Assembly: GCA_041396945.1 (NCBI GenBank)
Contig: JAWKXP010000006.1
Location: 16,310-80,309 of the forward strand
Direction of reading: 5' to 3'
Source of the DNA: Sphingomonadaceae bacterium
GTDB taxonomy: Bacteria; Pseudomonadota; Alphaproteobacteria; Sphingomonadales; Sphingomonadaceae
DNA: 64,000 nucleotides
Part shown: positions 1 to 10,083 of the stretch, one piece after another
How positions within the stretch are numbered: position 1 is the stretch's first letter
Layout: every line of letters begins with the position of its first letter
The notes under the pieces: generated by a model
Seen by the model: only the letters and a program-made list of their open reading frames with translations
Told to the model about the DNA's origin: nothing
The model's database searches: none
Made by a program: the position numbers and the translations under genes

Positions 1-1
1 C

Positions 2-502
2 GGGCATGTCGGGCATCGGCCCGCCTACGCGGATCGCCTTCATGAAAGCAGGGCGCAGGCCGATCTCGCCAACATCGGCGATCAGGTCGAGCCAGCGCTT
101 GCCATCGGGCGTCCCGGCGATGCGCGGGTCCAGCCGGTCGATCCGCGCGAAGAGGCCCATGTTCTCGGCATGGTCGGCGATGCCGAGGAAATCGAGCGGC
201 CTTGCCAGTTGTGCCATTTGCCCGTTATCGGCGCGCACCGCTGCGCCTTTGGCGAACTGGTAGGCTTCCTCGGGCGAAAGCATCCGCGCGCCTTGCAGAT
301 AGGCATCGAACGACATGCTGGTATGGAGGTGGACGTCGCCCCAGTAGAGCCCGCATTCCGCCTCGGCACAGGGCGAGTCTGCTGCGGCGGTAGCAGGCGT
401 TTCGGGCACGGAGGCGACCGGCGGCGCGTCATATCCTGCCGCGCATCCGGCCAGCGTCAGCGCCGCTGCCATCGCTACGGCTGCCCTTGCGAATATCCCC
501 AT
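2..502 (-). CDS. DUF3604-family lipoprotein (N-terminal part; runs off window)
   Basis: Absent from ORF track. Manual translation MGIFARAAVAMAAALTLAGC (lipobox) ... LYWGDVHLHTSMSFDAY ... EEAYQFAKG ... RPLDFLGIADHAE, the typical DUF3604 N-terminus; SD AGGAGG upstream. Confidence 0.85.
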   Translation of the reverse strand, partial: MGIFARAAVAMAAALTLAGCAAGYDAPPVASVPETPATAAADSPCAEAECGLYWGDVHLHTSMSFDAYLQGARMLSPEEAYQFAKGAAVRADNGQMAQLARPLDFLGIADHAENMGLFARIDRLDPRIAGTPDGKRWLDLIADVGEIGLRPAFMKAIRVGGPMPDMP

Positions 503-613
503 GCCATCCTCCTGTTTTGTGCGCATACCGTGTCACGCAGCAATCGACCGATCAAGCCGCTTGCGGGGATTGCCGCAAAACCCCTAAGCAATCGCCGTGA
601 CGAAGGAGAGAGC

Positions 614-1414
614 ATGTCCGAGCTTGTGACAATCGAACGCGAGGGCGCGATCGCGGTCCTCACGCTGAACCGGCCCGAGGCGATGAACGCGCTGGGCGAA
701 ATGGGCGACGGCGATGCGATCGCGGCGGCCTGTGCCGAGATCAACGAGGATACCTCGATCCGCGCGGCGATCCTGACCGGGGCGGGCAGGGCTTTCTCTG
801 CCGGAGGCGACCTCAAGGCGATGCTTGCGGGCGAGGGCAACTTCGCGGGCAACCCGGCGATGATCCGCGAAGGATACCGCAAGAACATCCACAAGGCCCT
901 GCGTGCGCTCCACACGCTCGACGTGCCGCTGATCGCGGCGATCAACGGCGCGGCGATCGGGCTGGGCTGCGATCTCGCCTGCCTTGCCGACATCCGCATC
1001 GCCTCGAACAAGGCGGTCTTCGGCGTCACCTTCCTCAAGATCGGGCTGGTGCCGGGCGATGGCGGGACATGGATCCTGCCGCGCATCATCGGCATGAGCC
1101 GCGCCGCCGAGCTGTTCTACACCGGCCGCGTCATCAAGGCGGATCAGGCCGCCGAATGGGGCCTGATCTCGCGCGCGGTCGATCCCGACGCGCTGATGGA
1201 CGAAGCCAAAGCGCTCGCCACCGAAATCGCCGAACAGCCGCCGCACCAGCTGCGCGCGACCAAGGCGATGCTGCGTCAGGGGCAGTCGATCGCCTATGAA
1301 ACCGCGCTCGAAATGGCGGCATCGACGCAGGGCCTGATGCACCACACCGAGGACCACAAGGAAGGCGTGCGCGCCATCCTCGACAAGCGCACGCCTGAGT
1401 TCAGGGGGGAGTAA
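614..1414 (+). CDS. Enoyl-CoA hydratase/isomerase (crotonase) family protein
   Basis: LTLNRPEAMNAL, FSAGGDL, AAINGAAIGLG; start MSELVTIE after SD AAGGAG (ORF-track start at 170 is an extension). Confidence 0.9.
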   Translation: MSELVTIEREGAIAVLTLNRPEAMNALGEMGDGDAIAAACAEINEDTSIRAAILTGAGRAFSAGGDLKAMLAGEGNFAGNPAMIREGYRKNIHKALRALHTLDVPLIAAINGAAIGLGCDLACLADIRIASNKAVFGVTFLKIGLVPGDGGTWILPRIIGMSRAAELFYTGRVIKADQAAEWGLISRAVDPDALMDEAKALATEIAEQPPHQLRATKAMLRQGQSIAYETALEMAASTQGLMHHTEDHKEGVRAILDKRTPEFRGE

Positions 1415-1417
1415 ACC

Positions 1418-1825
1418 TCAGGCGTTCGCCTTTGCCTTGGCCTCTGCGGCGGCGCAGATTGCCGAGGGGTTGTAGTAATAGGGCTTGATCCGGCAGCACT
1501 TGCCGTCGCGGAATTCGAACATCTCGCAAAGATCGGCGGGTTCGAGCGCCGGATCGGCAAAGCGCATCGTCAGGATCGTGACCGCGTAGTTTCCGCCCAC
1601 AGTGGTTTCGACCCGGTCGAGCGCGGCCACGTCGAGCATACCCATGACATCGATATAAAGTCGCTGCAGCGCGTCGTTGCCGCGATATTCGCCAGCCATG
1701 GGCAAACCGGCATCTTCGGTAATGACAAGATCGTCGGTCAACATGGCCGAGGCGCGTTCCCAGTCGCCCGTGCCGGTCGCTTCGTAAAGGTCGTCAACGA
1801 ATTGCCTGATTTCGTCGGGGGTCAT
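1418..1825 (-). CDS. SnoaL/NTF2-like protein
   Basis: 135 aa, W..ASAMLTDDLV..GEYRG..CEMFEFRDGK..RIKPYY pattern; SD AGGAG. Confidence 0.8.
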   Translation of the reverse strand: MTPDEIRQFVDDLYEATGTGDWERASAMLTDDLVITEDAGLPMAGEYRGNDALQRLYIDVMGMLDVAALDRVETTVGGNYAVTILTMRFADPALEPADLCEMFEFRDGKCCRIKPYYYNPSAICAAAEAKAKANA

Positions 1826-1883
1826 TCTCGCTCTCCTGTCTGTCCGGCTGGCCGCGATAATGCGGGCATTCGGCTCGTCGCGA

Positions 1884-1903
1884 ACCTAGCGGTATGATTA
1901 GCC
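1884..1903. promoter_or_regulatory. lux-box-like site
   Basis: ACCT-AGCGGTATGATT-AGCC; minus-strand -10-like CATTAT begins 31.5 bp from centre (1862). Confidence 0.6.
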
Positions 1904-1905
1904 GC

Positions 1906-1925
1906 CCCTCGCCAATGCCACAGGT
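1906..1925. promoter_or_regulatory. lux-box-like site
   Basis: CCCT-CGCCAATGCCAC-AGGT; plus-strand TAGCAT at 1947, 31.5 bp from centre. Confidence 0.65.
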
Positions 1926-1977
1926 TCGCGCTTGCCGGTGGATGGCTAGCATGCCTGCCAACTAGACCATATGGGAG

Positions 1978-2415
1978 ATGCCTGAGATGCCTTTTACCGG
2001 ACCTGCCGACGATATCGCCGCGATCCGCGACCTGCTCGATACCTACGCCGACGCGGTGACGCAGCGCGATGCCGATGCCTGGGGCGCGACCTGGGCCGAG
2101 GATGGCTACTGGACGATGCCCGACTATCCCGAGTTCCCCTCGCAGACCGGACGTGAGAACATCGTTGCGATGTGGGTCGAAGCGATGAAGCAGTTTCCCG
2201 GCATCATGTTCGAGGCATGGCCCGGCTCGATCGAGGTTTCCGGCGAGAGCGCGAAGGTGCGCAGCTACACCAGCGAGACCTATGACCAGGGCGAAAACAC
2301 CGTGCGCGATCGCGGCGAGTACCAGGACGAGTGCGTCAAGATCGACGGGCGCTGGTATTTCAAGCAGCGCGCTTTCAAGAACATCCACAAGCAGGTCGCG
2401 CCCAAGGGCGTCTGA
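1978..2415 (+). CDS. SnoaL/NTF2-like protein
   Basis: AIRDLLDTYADAV..W.EDGYW..GEYQDECVKIDGRWYFKQR; alternative start 1987; paralogue of 23069..23509. Confidence 0.85.
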   Translation: MPEMPFTGPADDIAAIRDLLDTYADAVTQRDADAWGATWAEDGYWTMPDYPEFPSQTGRENIVAMWVEAMKQFPGIMFEAWPGSIEVSGESAKVRSYTSETYDQGENTVRDRGEYQDECVKIDGRWYFKQRAFKNIHKQVAPKGV

Positions 2416-2458
2416 TTTGGCGCGCCTGCCGCGCGTCCATCCAGATCGGTGAACCAAC

Positions 2459-2487
2459 AAAAAAGGCGGGGCTCGCACCCCGCCTTT
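2459..2487 (-). terminator. Rho-independent terminator (possibly bidirectional)
   Basis: AAAGGCGGGG-loop-CCCCGCCTTT hairpin with U-tract on minus strand, between convergent genes. Confidence 0.8.
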
Positions 2488-2509
2488 CCTGTTTCGGTTG
2501 TCGCTTCGA

Positions 2510-4960
2510 TCAGAAGTGCTTGGTCAGCTCCAGCTTGACCGTGCGCGGCAGGTTGCCGAAGCCGAGCTGGTCGGCCTTGACGCCCGTGACGCCGCCCGAA
2601 CCGGTGCCGGTGCTGGGGCCGTCGACCACGCCGGTGACATAGAACTCGTTGGTGAGGTTCTTGCCGATCAGCGCGAGCTGCCAGTTGCCGTCGGCAGCGC
2701 CGAAGCGCAGGCCGGCGTCAAGCGAGACGTAGCTCTTCTGGTAAGCGATCGGGTTGGCGAACGCCGACGGGTTGTAGCCGTCGCTGTAACGCGCGTTGCC
2801 GTTGAAGCCGATCATGAAGTCCGAGCCAACATCGGTTTCGAAGTTGATGCCGAGCACGCCGGTCCATTTCGGCGCGACCGAAAGCTGCTGGCCGGTCAGG
2901 TTCTGGCGAATCTGGCCGTCGGCGGTCACGACGTTACAGCCTTCCGCCTGGGTCTGGCCGGAATAGCACGGACCTTCGGGGAAGCTGTCGTACTTCGCAT
3001 CGTTGTAGTTCACCGCAGCCATGATGTTCAGGCCCGGAACCGCGCGCGGCGCGTATTCCAGCTCAACTTCTACGCCCGAGGTCTTCGCATCGGCGGTCAG
3101 CGTGTTGAACGCGAAGACCGGCGAGTTGAAGAAGTCGACCTGGAAGTCCTTCACCTTGTAGGTGAAAACGGTCAGGTTCGCGCGCAGCTGGTTGTCGAGG
3201 ATCGTCGACTTGATGCCGAGCTCGAAACCTTCGGCTTCTTCGGGGTTGAAGGTAAGGTCGCTGTACGGATCGGCCGAGAACTTCGAGTTGATGCCGCCGT
3301 TCGAGAAACCGCCCGATTTGTAAGCGGTCTTGTAGGCGCCGTAGATCAGGAAGTTGCGGTTCGGGTTATAGGTCAGCGTGACTTCCGGGGCGAAGTCCTT
3401 GAACTTCTGGTTGGCGTTCACGATGCCGAGCGGATCGGCTGCCGAACGATAGACCACTGCGAACGCGGGATTGACGTATTCCTGCGCGAAGTAGCTGTTC
3501 TTCGATTCGTCGGTGTAGCGGCCACCGGCGGCGAGTTCGAACGCCTCGGTGAAGTTGACCGTCATCTGGCCGAACAGCGCGATCGTTTCACCCGTGGTGT
3601 CGCTGATCTTTTCCGAAGCTGCGTAAAGCAGGTCCGGGCGTGCGGCGGAATCGCGAACGTCGCCGTAGTAGCCCCACTGGCCGAAATCGCGCTTGGTGTG
3701 CTGGTACAGCCCGCCGACCATGAAGTTGAACATGCCGTCCAGGTTCGAGGTCAGGCGCAGTTCCTGCGAATAGGCTTCCCAGGTCGAGTTTTCGGTGGCG
3801 AAGATCATGCCGCCCGGTGCCGTGTCGGTGGTCTGGAAGTTACAGGCACAGGCCCAGCTGTTCTGGTTCCACTGGTAGTTCGAAACCGAGTTGATCATCA
3901 GCGTGTCGAGATCGATTTCGAGCTCGTTGTTGATCGCCCAGCTGCGATAACGGTTATAGGGCGAGCCATCGGCGCGGCCATAAGGCGAGATGCGCGAGAC
4001 TTCGACCGGCAGGTTGTTCTGGTGCGTGACGAAGTCGCGTTCGCACGGATAGCCGCTGAGCTGGCTGATACCGCTAGCAAGGCCGCACGAATAGGCGACA
4101 TAGTTCCAGCTGTTGTTGACCGTGTCGTTCTGGTCACGCGTTGCCTTGAGCGTGTTGGTCACGGTCGACGAAGGCGTCCACTTCAGCGTGATGCGGCCCA
4201 GCAGTTCTTCCTGCTGCGGCATCTTGCTGGCGACCGGGGTCGAGGTCAGCACTTCGGGATTGGTGAAGCCGGTGGCGACATCGACCGTCGCGTAGTTGCG
4301 ATTGACCGAGACGTTGCGATAGTAACCGCCGCTCATGTCCGAATAGCGCAGCGCAAGGCGAATGCCGAGGTTGTCGCTGATCGGGCCGGAGATGATGCCT
4401 TCGACCTGGTACTGTTCGGCCTTGAATTCGTAACCGGCCTTGAACGTGCCTTCCCAGATGTCCGTGGGATCCTTGGTGGTCAGCGAAATCACGCCGGCGG
4501 TCGCGTTCTTGCCGAAGAACAGCGCCTGCGGGCCCTTGAGGACCTCGACGCGTTCGAGGTCGAAGAAGCCTTCCTCGATGACGCGGCCCTGGCCGTAATA
4601 CGCGCCGTCGACGACGATCGCGACCGACTGCTCGATACCGATCGAGGTCGAGGACGAACCGATACCGCGCAGGGTGATCTGGGCGGCGGAACCGTTGGAG
4701 GCGCGGCCGACGTTGAGGTTCGGCGTGGCAGCGGCGATCTTTTCGATCGAGGTGATGTCGCGCTGCGCGATCATCTCGCCCGAAAGCGCGGTGACCGAGA
4801 CCGGGACGGTCTGCAGGCTTTCCTCACGCTTACGCGCGGTAACGACGATATCCGCAATGCCGCCTTCGCTGGCACCCTCGTCCTGAGCCAGGGCGGGTTG
4901 CGCGGCTACGAAAGAGCCGAGAACCGAACTGGCAAGAAGCAACGATTTGGTGAATTTCAT
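2510..4960 (-). CDS. TonB-dependent receptor
   Basis: Signal peptide MKFTKSLLLASS, DIVVTARKREE, VEVLKGPQ, C-terminal Phe; SD GGGAGG before ATG 4960. Confidence 0.95.
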   Translation of the reverse strand: MKFTKSLLLASSVLGSFVAAQPALAQDEGASEGGIADIVVTARKREESLQTVPVSVTALSGEMIAQRDITSIEKIAAATPNLNVGRASNGSAAQITLRGIGSSSTSIGIEQSVAIVVDGAYYGQGRVIEEGFFDLERVEVLKGPQALFFGKNATAGVISLTTKDPTDIWEGTFKAGYEFKAEQYQVEGIISGPISDNLGIRLALRYSDMSGGYYRNVSVNRNYATVDVATGFTNPEVLTSTPVASKMPQQEELLGRITLKWTPSSTVTNTLKATRDQNDTVNNSWNYVAYSCGLASGISQLSGYPCERDFVTHQNNLPVEVSRISPYGRADGSPYNRYRSWAINNELEIDLDTLMINSVSNYQWNQNSWACACNFQTTDTAPGGMIFATENSTWEAYSQELRLTSNLDGMFNFMVGGLYQHTKRDFGQWGYYGDVRDSAARPDLLYAASEKISDTTGETIALFGQMTVNFTEAFELAAGGRYTDESKNSYFAQEYVNPAFAVVYRSAADPLGIVNANQKFKDFAPEVTLTYNPNRNFLIYGAYKTAYKSGGFSNGGINSKFSADPYSDLTFNPEEAEGFELGIKSTILDNQLRANLTVFTYKVKDFQVDFFNSPVFAFNTLTADAKTSGVEVELEYAPRAVPGLNIMAAVNYNDAKYDSFPEGPCYSGQTQAEGCNVVTADGQIRQNLTGQQLSVAPKWTGVLGINFETDVGSDFMIGFNGNARYSDGYNPSAFANPIAYQKSYVSLDAGLRFGAADGNWQLALIGKNLTNEFYVTGVVDGPSTGTGSGGVTGVKADQLGFGNLPRTVKLELTKHF

Positions 4961-5020
4961 GGTCAATACCTCCCCATTCAACATTTGAACGGCGCGTTAG
5001 CCCAATTTGCTGCACCGCCG

Positions 5021-5040
5021 CACTGACAGAATGAATAGAC
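5021..5040. promoter_or_regulatory. lux-box-like site
   Basis: CACT-GACAGAATGAAT-AGAC; minus-strand TAACGC begins at 4999 (31.5 bp). Confidence 0.55.
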
Positions 5041-5058
5041 CTATCCATAGTGTGAGGT
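5039..5058. promoter_or_regulatory. lux-box-like site
   Basis: ACCT-ATCCATAGTGTG-AGGT, perfect lux-box flanks. Confidence 0.65.
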
Positions 5059-5109
5059 TCACCTGAGGGCTGGCGCGGGCACCCCAAGTGCCAGGCGGGA
5101 GACTGGACT

Positions 5110-6120
5110 ATGACGACAAACCGGTTCTGGCAGCTTGACCAGCGGCCCGAAGGCACCAATTTCGAAGCGGCACTGAGCCTTCGCGAGGAGAGCCTCGCGC
5201 TGCTGGCCGATGGCGAGGTGCGCATTCGCAACCGCTGGCTTTCGATGGATGCGGGCACGCGCATGTGGATGAGCCCGCGCACCGATGGCTATCAGCCGCC
5301 GTTACCGCTCGGCGCGAAGATGATCGGGCTGGTGCTCGGAAATATCACCATGAGCCGCAATCCGGACTATCCCGAAGGCGCACTGGTGCGCGGGTTCGGG
5401 CAGTGGGCGGACTATTCGACCGTGGTGCCTGCGGAAACCGGCCTTGAGATCGTGGATGATACCGTCGCCGATCCGCGCGAGCATTTCGGCGCTTTGGGGA
5501 TGAACGCCTGGACCGCCTATGTCGGCGTAAAAGAGGTCGCGGCGGTGCAGCCGGGCGAATGGCTGGTCGTTTCGGCGGCGGCGGGCGCAACGGGTTCGCT
5601 GGCCTGTCAGGTCGGGCGCAACCTTGGCGCGAAGGTCATCGGCATTGCCGGCGGTCCGGACAAGTGCCGCTTCCTCAGCGAGGAGATCGGCGTCGACATC
5701 GCCATCGACTACAAGAACGAGGACGTCGAGGCGCGGCTGGCAGAGGTCGAGGGCGGGGTGCATGCCTATTTCGACAACGTCGGCGGTCCGCTGCTCGATG
5801 CCGTCCTGCCCAACATGGCACATTACGGACGCGTTGCGGTCTGCGGGATGGTCGCGGGCTATGACAACGATGCGCCGATGCCGGGGCCTGCGCGCTTCGA
5901 TCAGGTCCTGATGCGGCGGCTGCGGATCGAGGGCTTCTTCATCCCCGACTTCCTCGAACGCGGCGCGGAGTTCATGCCGCAGCTGCGCGAATGGCTCGAT
6001 GCGGGCAAGCTGTCGATGCGGTTTGCCGAGAGCGAAGGGCTGGAGAACGTGCTTGAGGCCTATCGCGGGATGCTGACCGGCAAGAATACCGGCAAGGCCA
6101 TCGTCGCGCTCGCCGCCTGA
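5110..6120 (+). CDS. NADP-dependent alkenal/enone reductase (PTGR/CurA-like, MDR family)
   Basis: SAAAGATGS, IAGGPDKC, YFDNVGG, VCGMV. Confidence 0.9.
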   Translation: MTTNRFWQLDQRPEGTNFEAALSLREESLALLADGEVRIRNRWLSMDAGTRMWMSPRTDGYQPPLPLGAKMIGLVLGNITMSRNPDYPEGALVRGFGQWADYSTVVPAETGLEIVDDTVADPREHFGALGMNAWTAYVGVKEVAAVQPGEWLVVSAAAGATGSLACQVGRNLGAKVIGIAGGPDKCRFLSEEIGVDIAIDYKNEDVEARLAEVEGGVHAYFDNVGGPLLDAVLPNMAHYGRVAVCGMVAGYDNDAPMPGPARFDQVLMRRLRIEGFFIPDFLERGAEFMPQLREWLDAGKLSMRFAESEGLENVLEAYRGMLTGKNTGKAIVALAA

Positions 6121-6908
6121 TGCCGACGATCGACCACCACGCCGCGATCAACTGCCTTGTCGCGGTGCGCGGGCATCCCTTCGACCGCACGGCTTTTGCC
6201 GGGGTATTCGAGGGGATGGACGGCATCTCGGCGACGATGGTCGACCAGCCCGCTGCCGCGCGCCTCATCAACCCCGAGGGCATGCGCGGCTTCGACGTAC
6301 TGGTGCTTTACGACATGCCCGGGCTCGATTTCGACGCGGGCGAGGGCGCGCCTGCCTATCTCGATCCGCCCGACGAATTGCGCGAGGGCCTGCGCGCGAT
6401 GACGCAGCAGGGCACCGGCATCGTTGCGCTGCATCATGCGCTCGCCGGATGGCCGACATGGAGCGCGTATCACGAATGGCTCGGCGGGCAGTTCCACTAT
6501 CACCCGGCAGGCGACACGCCCGACAGCGGCTATCGCCACGATGTCGCCTATGAAGCTGAGGTGGTGGCCGAGCATCCTGTGACAGCAGGCCTGCCGCAGC
6601 GTTTCTCGATGCAGGATGAGCTTTACCTCTGCCAGATCGACGAGGCCGGAGTGGAGCCGCTGCTGCGCTCATCCGCGACCTTCACGCGCGAGCATTTCTG
6701 GTCGGCGGACCTCGCCGTTCGCGGGCAGATGAATTCACGCGAGGGCTGGGAACATCCGCCGGGATCGAACCTGATCGGCTGGACGAAGCAGGTAGCGCAA
6801 AGCCGCCTCGTCTATCTCCAGCCGGGCGACGGGCCGTCAGCATACGACAACCCGCACTACCGGCGGCTGGTGGAGAACGCGATCCGCTGGGTAGGGGATC
6901 GCGGTTAG
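6120..6908 (+). CDS. ThuA-like domain protein
   Basis: RGHPFD, VALHHA, LGGQF.YH, HPVT.GLP..F...DELY; TGATG coupling to the upstream gene. Confidence 0.8.
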   Translation: MPTIDHHAAINCLVAVRGHPFDRTAFAGVFEGMDGISATMVDQPAAARLINPEGMRGFDVLVLYDMPGLDFDAGEGAPAYLDPPDELREGLRAMTQQGTGIVALHHALAGWPTWSAYHEWLGGQFHYHPAGDTPDSGYRHDVAYEAEVVAEHPVTAGLPQRFSMQDELYLCQIDEAGVEPLLRSSATFTREHFWSADLAVRGQMNSREGWEHPPGSNLIGWTKQVAQSRLVYLQPGDGPSAYDNPHYRRLVENAIRWVGDRG

Positions 6909-6909
6909 A

Positions 6910-7674
6910 TTACATCGCGGTGACGCCGCCATCGACGGTGAATTCGCCGCCGGTGACGTAGTTCGCCTCGTCGCTGGCGAGGAACAGGATCATGTTGGCG
7001 ATGTCCACCGGCTCGCCCATCCGCTTCATCGGGATCGAGGCGACGATTTCGGCGAAGCCTTCGGGATTGTCGCGGCGCGCAACGTCCTGCATCCCGGTTT
7101 CGATCATGCCGGGATGGACCGAGTTGCAGCGGATCCCTTCCGCCGCGCATTCCATCGCCACGGTCTTCGAGAAAATGCGCACGCCGCCCTTGGCCGCGCC
7201 ATAGGCGGCGCAGGCAGGCACACCCACGAGCCCGCCGATCGAGGACAGGTTGATGATCGAACCGCCTTCGCCGACCTTGCGCATCAGCGCGACGGCGCGC
7301 TGGGTGCCGTAGAAGACGGAATCGAGGTTGACGTTGTTCTGCTTCGCCCAGTCGGCGGCAGTAAGCGCCTCGATGGGTTTCAGGATCGCGATTCCCGCAT
7401 TGTTGACGATCACGTCGAGCCGCCCGTGGCCCTTTTCGATGGCGGCGAAAACCTTGTCCCAGTCGTCTTCGCTGGTAACGTCCTGCGCCATCGCTTCGGC
7501 CGCGCCCCCGGCCTCGCGGATCGATGCTGCGACCGCCTCGACACCGTCTGCCTCAAGGTCGGTGAGATAGACGAAAGCGCCTTCCTCGGCGAAGCGCTGC
7601 GCGGTTGCCGCGCCCAGGCCGCGATCCGATCCCGCGCCGGTTACCAGTGCGATCTTTCCTTCAAGACGTCCCAA
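6910..7674 (-). CDS. SDR oxidoreductase
   Basis: TGAGSDRGLG, NNAG, YGAAK; TTG start with SD AGGAG. Confidence 0.9.
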   Translation of the reverse strand: MGRLEGKIALVTGAGSDRGLGAATAQRFAEEGAFVYLTDLEADGVEAVAASIREAGGAAEAMAQDVTSEDDWDKVFAAIEKGHGRLDVIVNNAGIAILKPIEALTAADWAKQNNVNLDSVFYGTQRAVALMRKVGEGGSIINLSSIGGLVGVPACAAYGAAKGGVRIFSKTVAMECAAEGIRCNSVHPGMIETGMQDVARRDNPEGFAEIVASIPMKRMGEPVDIANMILFLASDEANYVTGGEFTVDGGVTAM

Positions 7675-7694
7675 CTGTGTTCTCCTGTAAAGCC

Positions 7695-7730
7695 AAAAAA
7701 ATGGGCGCGGACAGCAAGCTGACCGCGCCC
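7695..7730 (-). terminator. Intra-operon terminator-like hairpin after TBDR
   Basis: GGGCGCGG..CCGCGCCC stem followed by ATTTTTTT on minus strand. Confidence 0.75.
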
Positions 7731-7756
7731 GAGGGAGAGAGCTCTTTGCTAACTCT

Positions 7757-10015
7757 TCAGAACTTGATGCCGATCGTCGCGCCGTAGGTACGCGGTTCGC
7801 GCGCGGTGCCGAACGACCAGAGGCCGCCGACGGTGAAGCCGTGCGTCGGGCCGCGATCGTCGAGCAGGTTGCGCCCGAAGACCGTCAGGTAGGCTTCCGA
7901 ATTGCCCAGCTCGAAACGCGTCGTCAGGCTGGCATCGAAGAGATTCTGCGAGTCCGTGCGGACGCGCGGATCGTTGCCCGTCACAATGATCGGACCGTTG
8001 TCGAGATCGCCCGTCAGCCCCGCAGCCGAGATCTGCTGGTCGTAGGCACCGATGTAGCGATAGCCGATGTTCGCCACGACTTCGCCGAAGTTCGTCGGGA
8101 TCGTGTAATCAAGCGCCAGCGAGCCGGTCAGGTCCGGGTTGTAGATCAGGTCGTTGCCCGAGTAGTCGAACGGGACGACCAGTCCGGTCGTCGGCGAGAT
8201 ACCGCCGACCACGAAGCCCTTGAAGTTCGAATCCAGCACACCGAGCGAACCGGTAATACGCAGATCCGAGGACGGACGCGCGGTGAAATCGAGTTCGAAG
8301 CCCTTGATCTTGGCCGAACCGACGTTCGATGTGATCGTCTCGTTCTGGGTGGCGCAGACCGCGCAGAACAGCGTGTTGTTCTGGTGCAGGTCCTTGTACT
8401 TCGAATAGAACGCCGCGACGTTGACCTGCAGCATCCGCCCGAGCAGGTCGAACTTGCCGCCGACTTCGAACGAATCCACAGTTTCCGGGCCATAGGACTG
8501 CGAGGCACTGGCCGGTGAACCGGCGCGCGGGCTGAAGCCGCCCGAACGATAGCCCTGCGACCACGAGGCATAGACCATCATGTCGTTGTTGGGACGGAAA
8601 TCGATGCCGACCTTGGGCGTGAACTTCTTGAAGGTGTCCTCGCCCTCGCCGATCTGTACGCCGCCAAAGGCGTTCTTAAGCGACTTCTTGTCGCGGGTGT
8701 AGCGACCGCCAAACGAGAGGCGAACCCGGTCGAAGACTTCCCAGTTGAAGTCGCCGAAGACAGCGATCGACTTGGTGTCGCCGTTCACGAGCTGCGGGTT
8801 CTGGTCGAAGTCGACCGGGTCGATATCCGGATTGAAGCCGAACAGGCGCGTGTGCTGCAGCAGTTCGTATTCCGACTTGAAGTAATAGACGCCGACGACG
8901 TAGTCGAACGTGCTGCCGATATCGCCGGCTGCGCGCAGTTCCTGGCTGAACTGGTTATAGGTCTGCTGGCGGCGCGTGAAGTAGAGATCGGTCGAGGACC
9001 CGTCGAAGTCCTGCGTCTGGTTCTCCTTCATGTCGCGATAGCCGGTGACCGAGGTCAGCTTGACGCCGCCAAGATCGAGGTTCGCTTCGAGCGTTACCGA
9101 CGGTGCCGAATAGTTCGAGACGTTGGGCAGGGTAAATACAGTGTAAAGATCACCCTGGTTGTTTCGGTTCGCTTCTACGGGCGGGATGAACCCGGCGAAG
9201 AGTTCGGTCGAATTGGTGAGATTGGCGATGACCGGATCCATCTTCTGGATCTGCTTTTCAGCGGTCAGCAGCATGTCGAAGCTCGACGATGGCTGCGCGA
9301 GCAGCGAGAAGCCGAAGTTCTCGTTGTTCGAGAAGCCGCGCGAGCTTCCGTCCTGAGCCTGCTTGTACCAGCCGTCGGACTCGTTGTGGAAGTAGAAGAA
9401 CTTCGCGGCCAGCTTGTCTTCGGCCAGCGGCACGTTGACCACGGCACGCGTCGCCAGCGTGTTGAAGCGGCCATAGGACACTTCCGCCTTGCCACCGAAT
9501 TCGCCGGTCGGGCGCGTACGGCGGATGTTGATGACGCCGCCGATCGTGTTGCGGCCGAACAGCGTACCCTGCGGGCCGCGCAGGACTTCGATCTGCTCGA
9601 TGTCGAAGAAGTCGAAATACTGGCCGGTCGAGGTGCCGATGAAGACGCCATCGACGACGACGCCAACGGTCGGCTCCTGCGACTTTTCGATGTCGGCATA
9701 GGTCAGGCCGCGGATCGAGAGGTTCGCGGCAGCCGCGCCGGAATTCTGGTTGGTGATGAGCAGGTTCGGCGCCGCACCGGTCAGGTCGCCGATGTTCACA
9801 GCGGCCTTGTTTTCCAGCATCGCGGCGTTGACGGCGGTAATCGCGACCGGCGTATCCATCAGCGATTCGTCGCGGCGACGGGCCGAAACGATGATCTCGT
9901 TGGCGTCGCTGAAGCCGTCTGCTTCTTCCTGCGCCAGCGCGGGCGCGGCGAACACGGGCATGGCGGTGCCGACGAGTGCTGCAAGCAACACGCGATTGCG
10001 GAAATTATGCTTCAT
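7757..10015 (-). CDS. TonB-dependent receptor
   Basis: MKHNFRNRVLLAALVG signal, EIIVSARRRDE, IEVLRGPQGTLFGRN, C-terminal Phe; SD GGAGGAG. Confidence 0.95.
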   Translation of the reverse strand: MKHNFRNRVLLAALVGTAMPVFAAPALAQEEADGFSDANEIIVSARRRDESLMDTPVAITAVNAAMLENKAAVNIGDLTGAAPNLLITNQNSGAAAANLSIRGLTYADIEKSQEPTVGVVVDGVFIGTSTGQYFDFFDIEQIEVLRGPQGTLFGRNTIGGVINIRRTRPTGEFGGKAEVSYGRFNTLATRAVVNVPLAEDKLAAKFFYFHNESDGWYKQAQDGSSRGFSNNENFGFSLLAQPSSSFDMLLTAEKQIQKMDPVIANLTNSTELFAGFIPPVEANRNNQGDLYTVFTLPNVSNYSAPSVTLEANLDLGGVKLTSVTGYRDMKENQTQDFDGSSTDLYFTRRQQTYNQFSQELRAAGDIGSTFDYVVGVYYFKSEYELLQHTRLFGFNPDIDPVDFDQNPQLVNGDTKSIAVFGDFNWEVFDRVRLSFGGRYTRDKKSLKNAFGGVQIGEGEDTFKKFTPKVGIDFRPNNDMMVYASWSQGYRSGGFSPRAGSPASASQSYGPETVDSFEVGGKFDLLGRMLQVNVAAFYSKYKDLHQNNTLFCAVCATQNETITSNVGSAKIKGFELDFTARPSSDLRITGSLGVLDSNFKGFVVGGISPTTGLVVPFDYSGNDLIYNPDLTGSLALDYTIPTNFGEVVANIGYRYIGAYDQQISAAGLTGDLDNGPIIVTGNDPRVRTDSQNLFDASLTTRFELGNSEAYLTVFGRNLLDDRGPTHGFTVGGLWSFGTAREPRTYGATIGIKF

Positions 10016-10083
10016 TTTCGGGTACTCCTCCCCAGTGCATTTGTGCGCCCTCACGCACAATATTCTTAGCGTTAGTCTTATGG

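Noticed and set aside
503-613. lux box in the DUF3604/crotonase divergent region
   Set aside because: All CT dinucleotides checked; none has AG at N12 spacing
2498-5026. 842-aa plus-strand ORF (likewise 14745..17300, 19532..21340, 26855..29500, 39538..41820, 43422..45395, 53313..55871)
   Set aside because: Antisense shadows of real genes, expected from high-GC codon bias; no motifs
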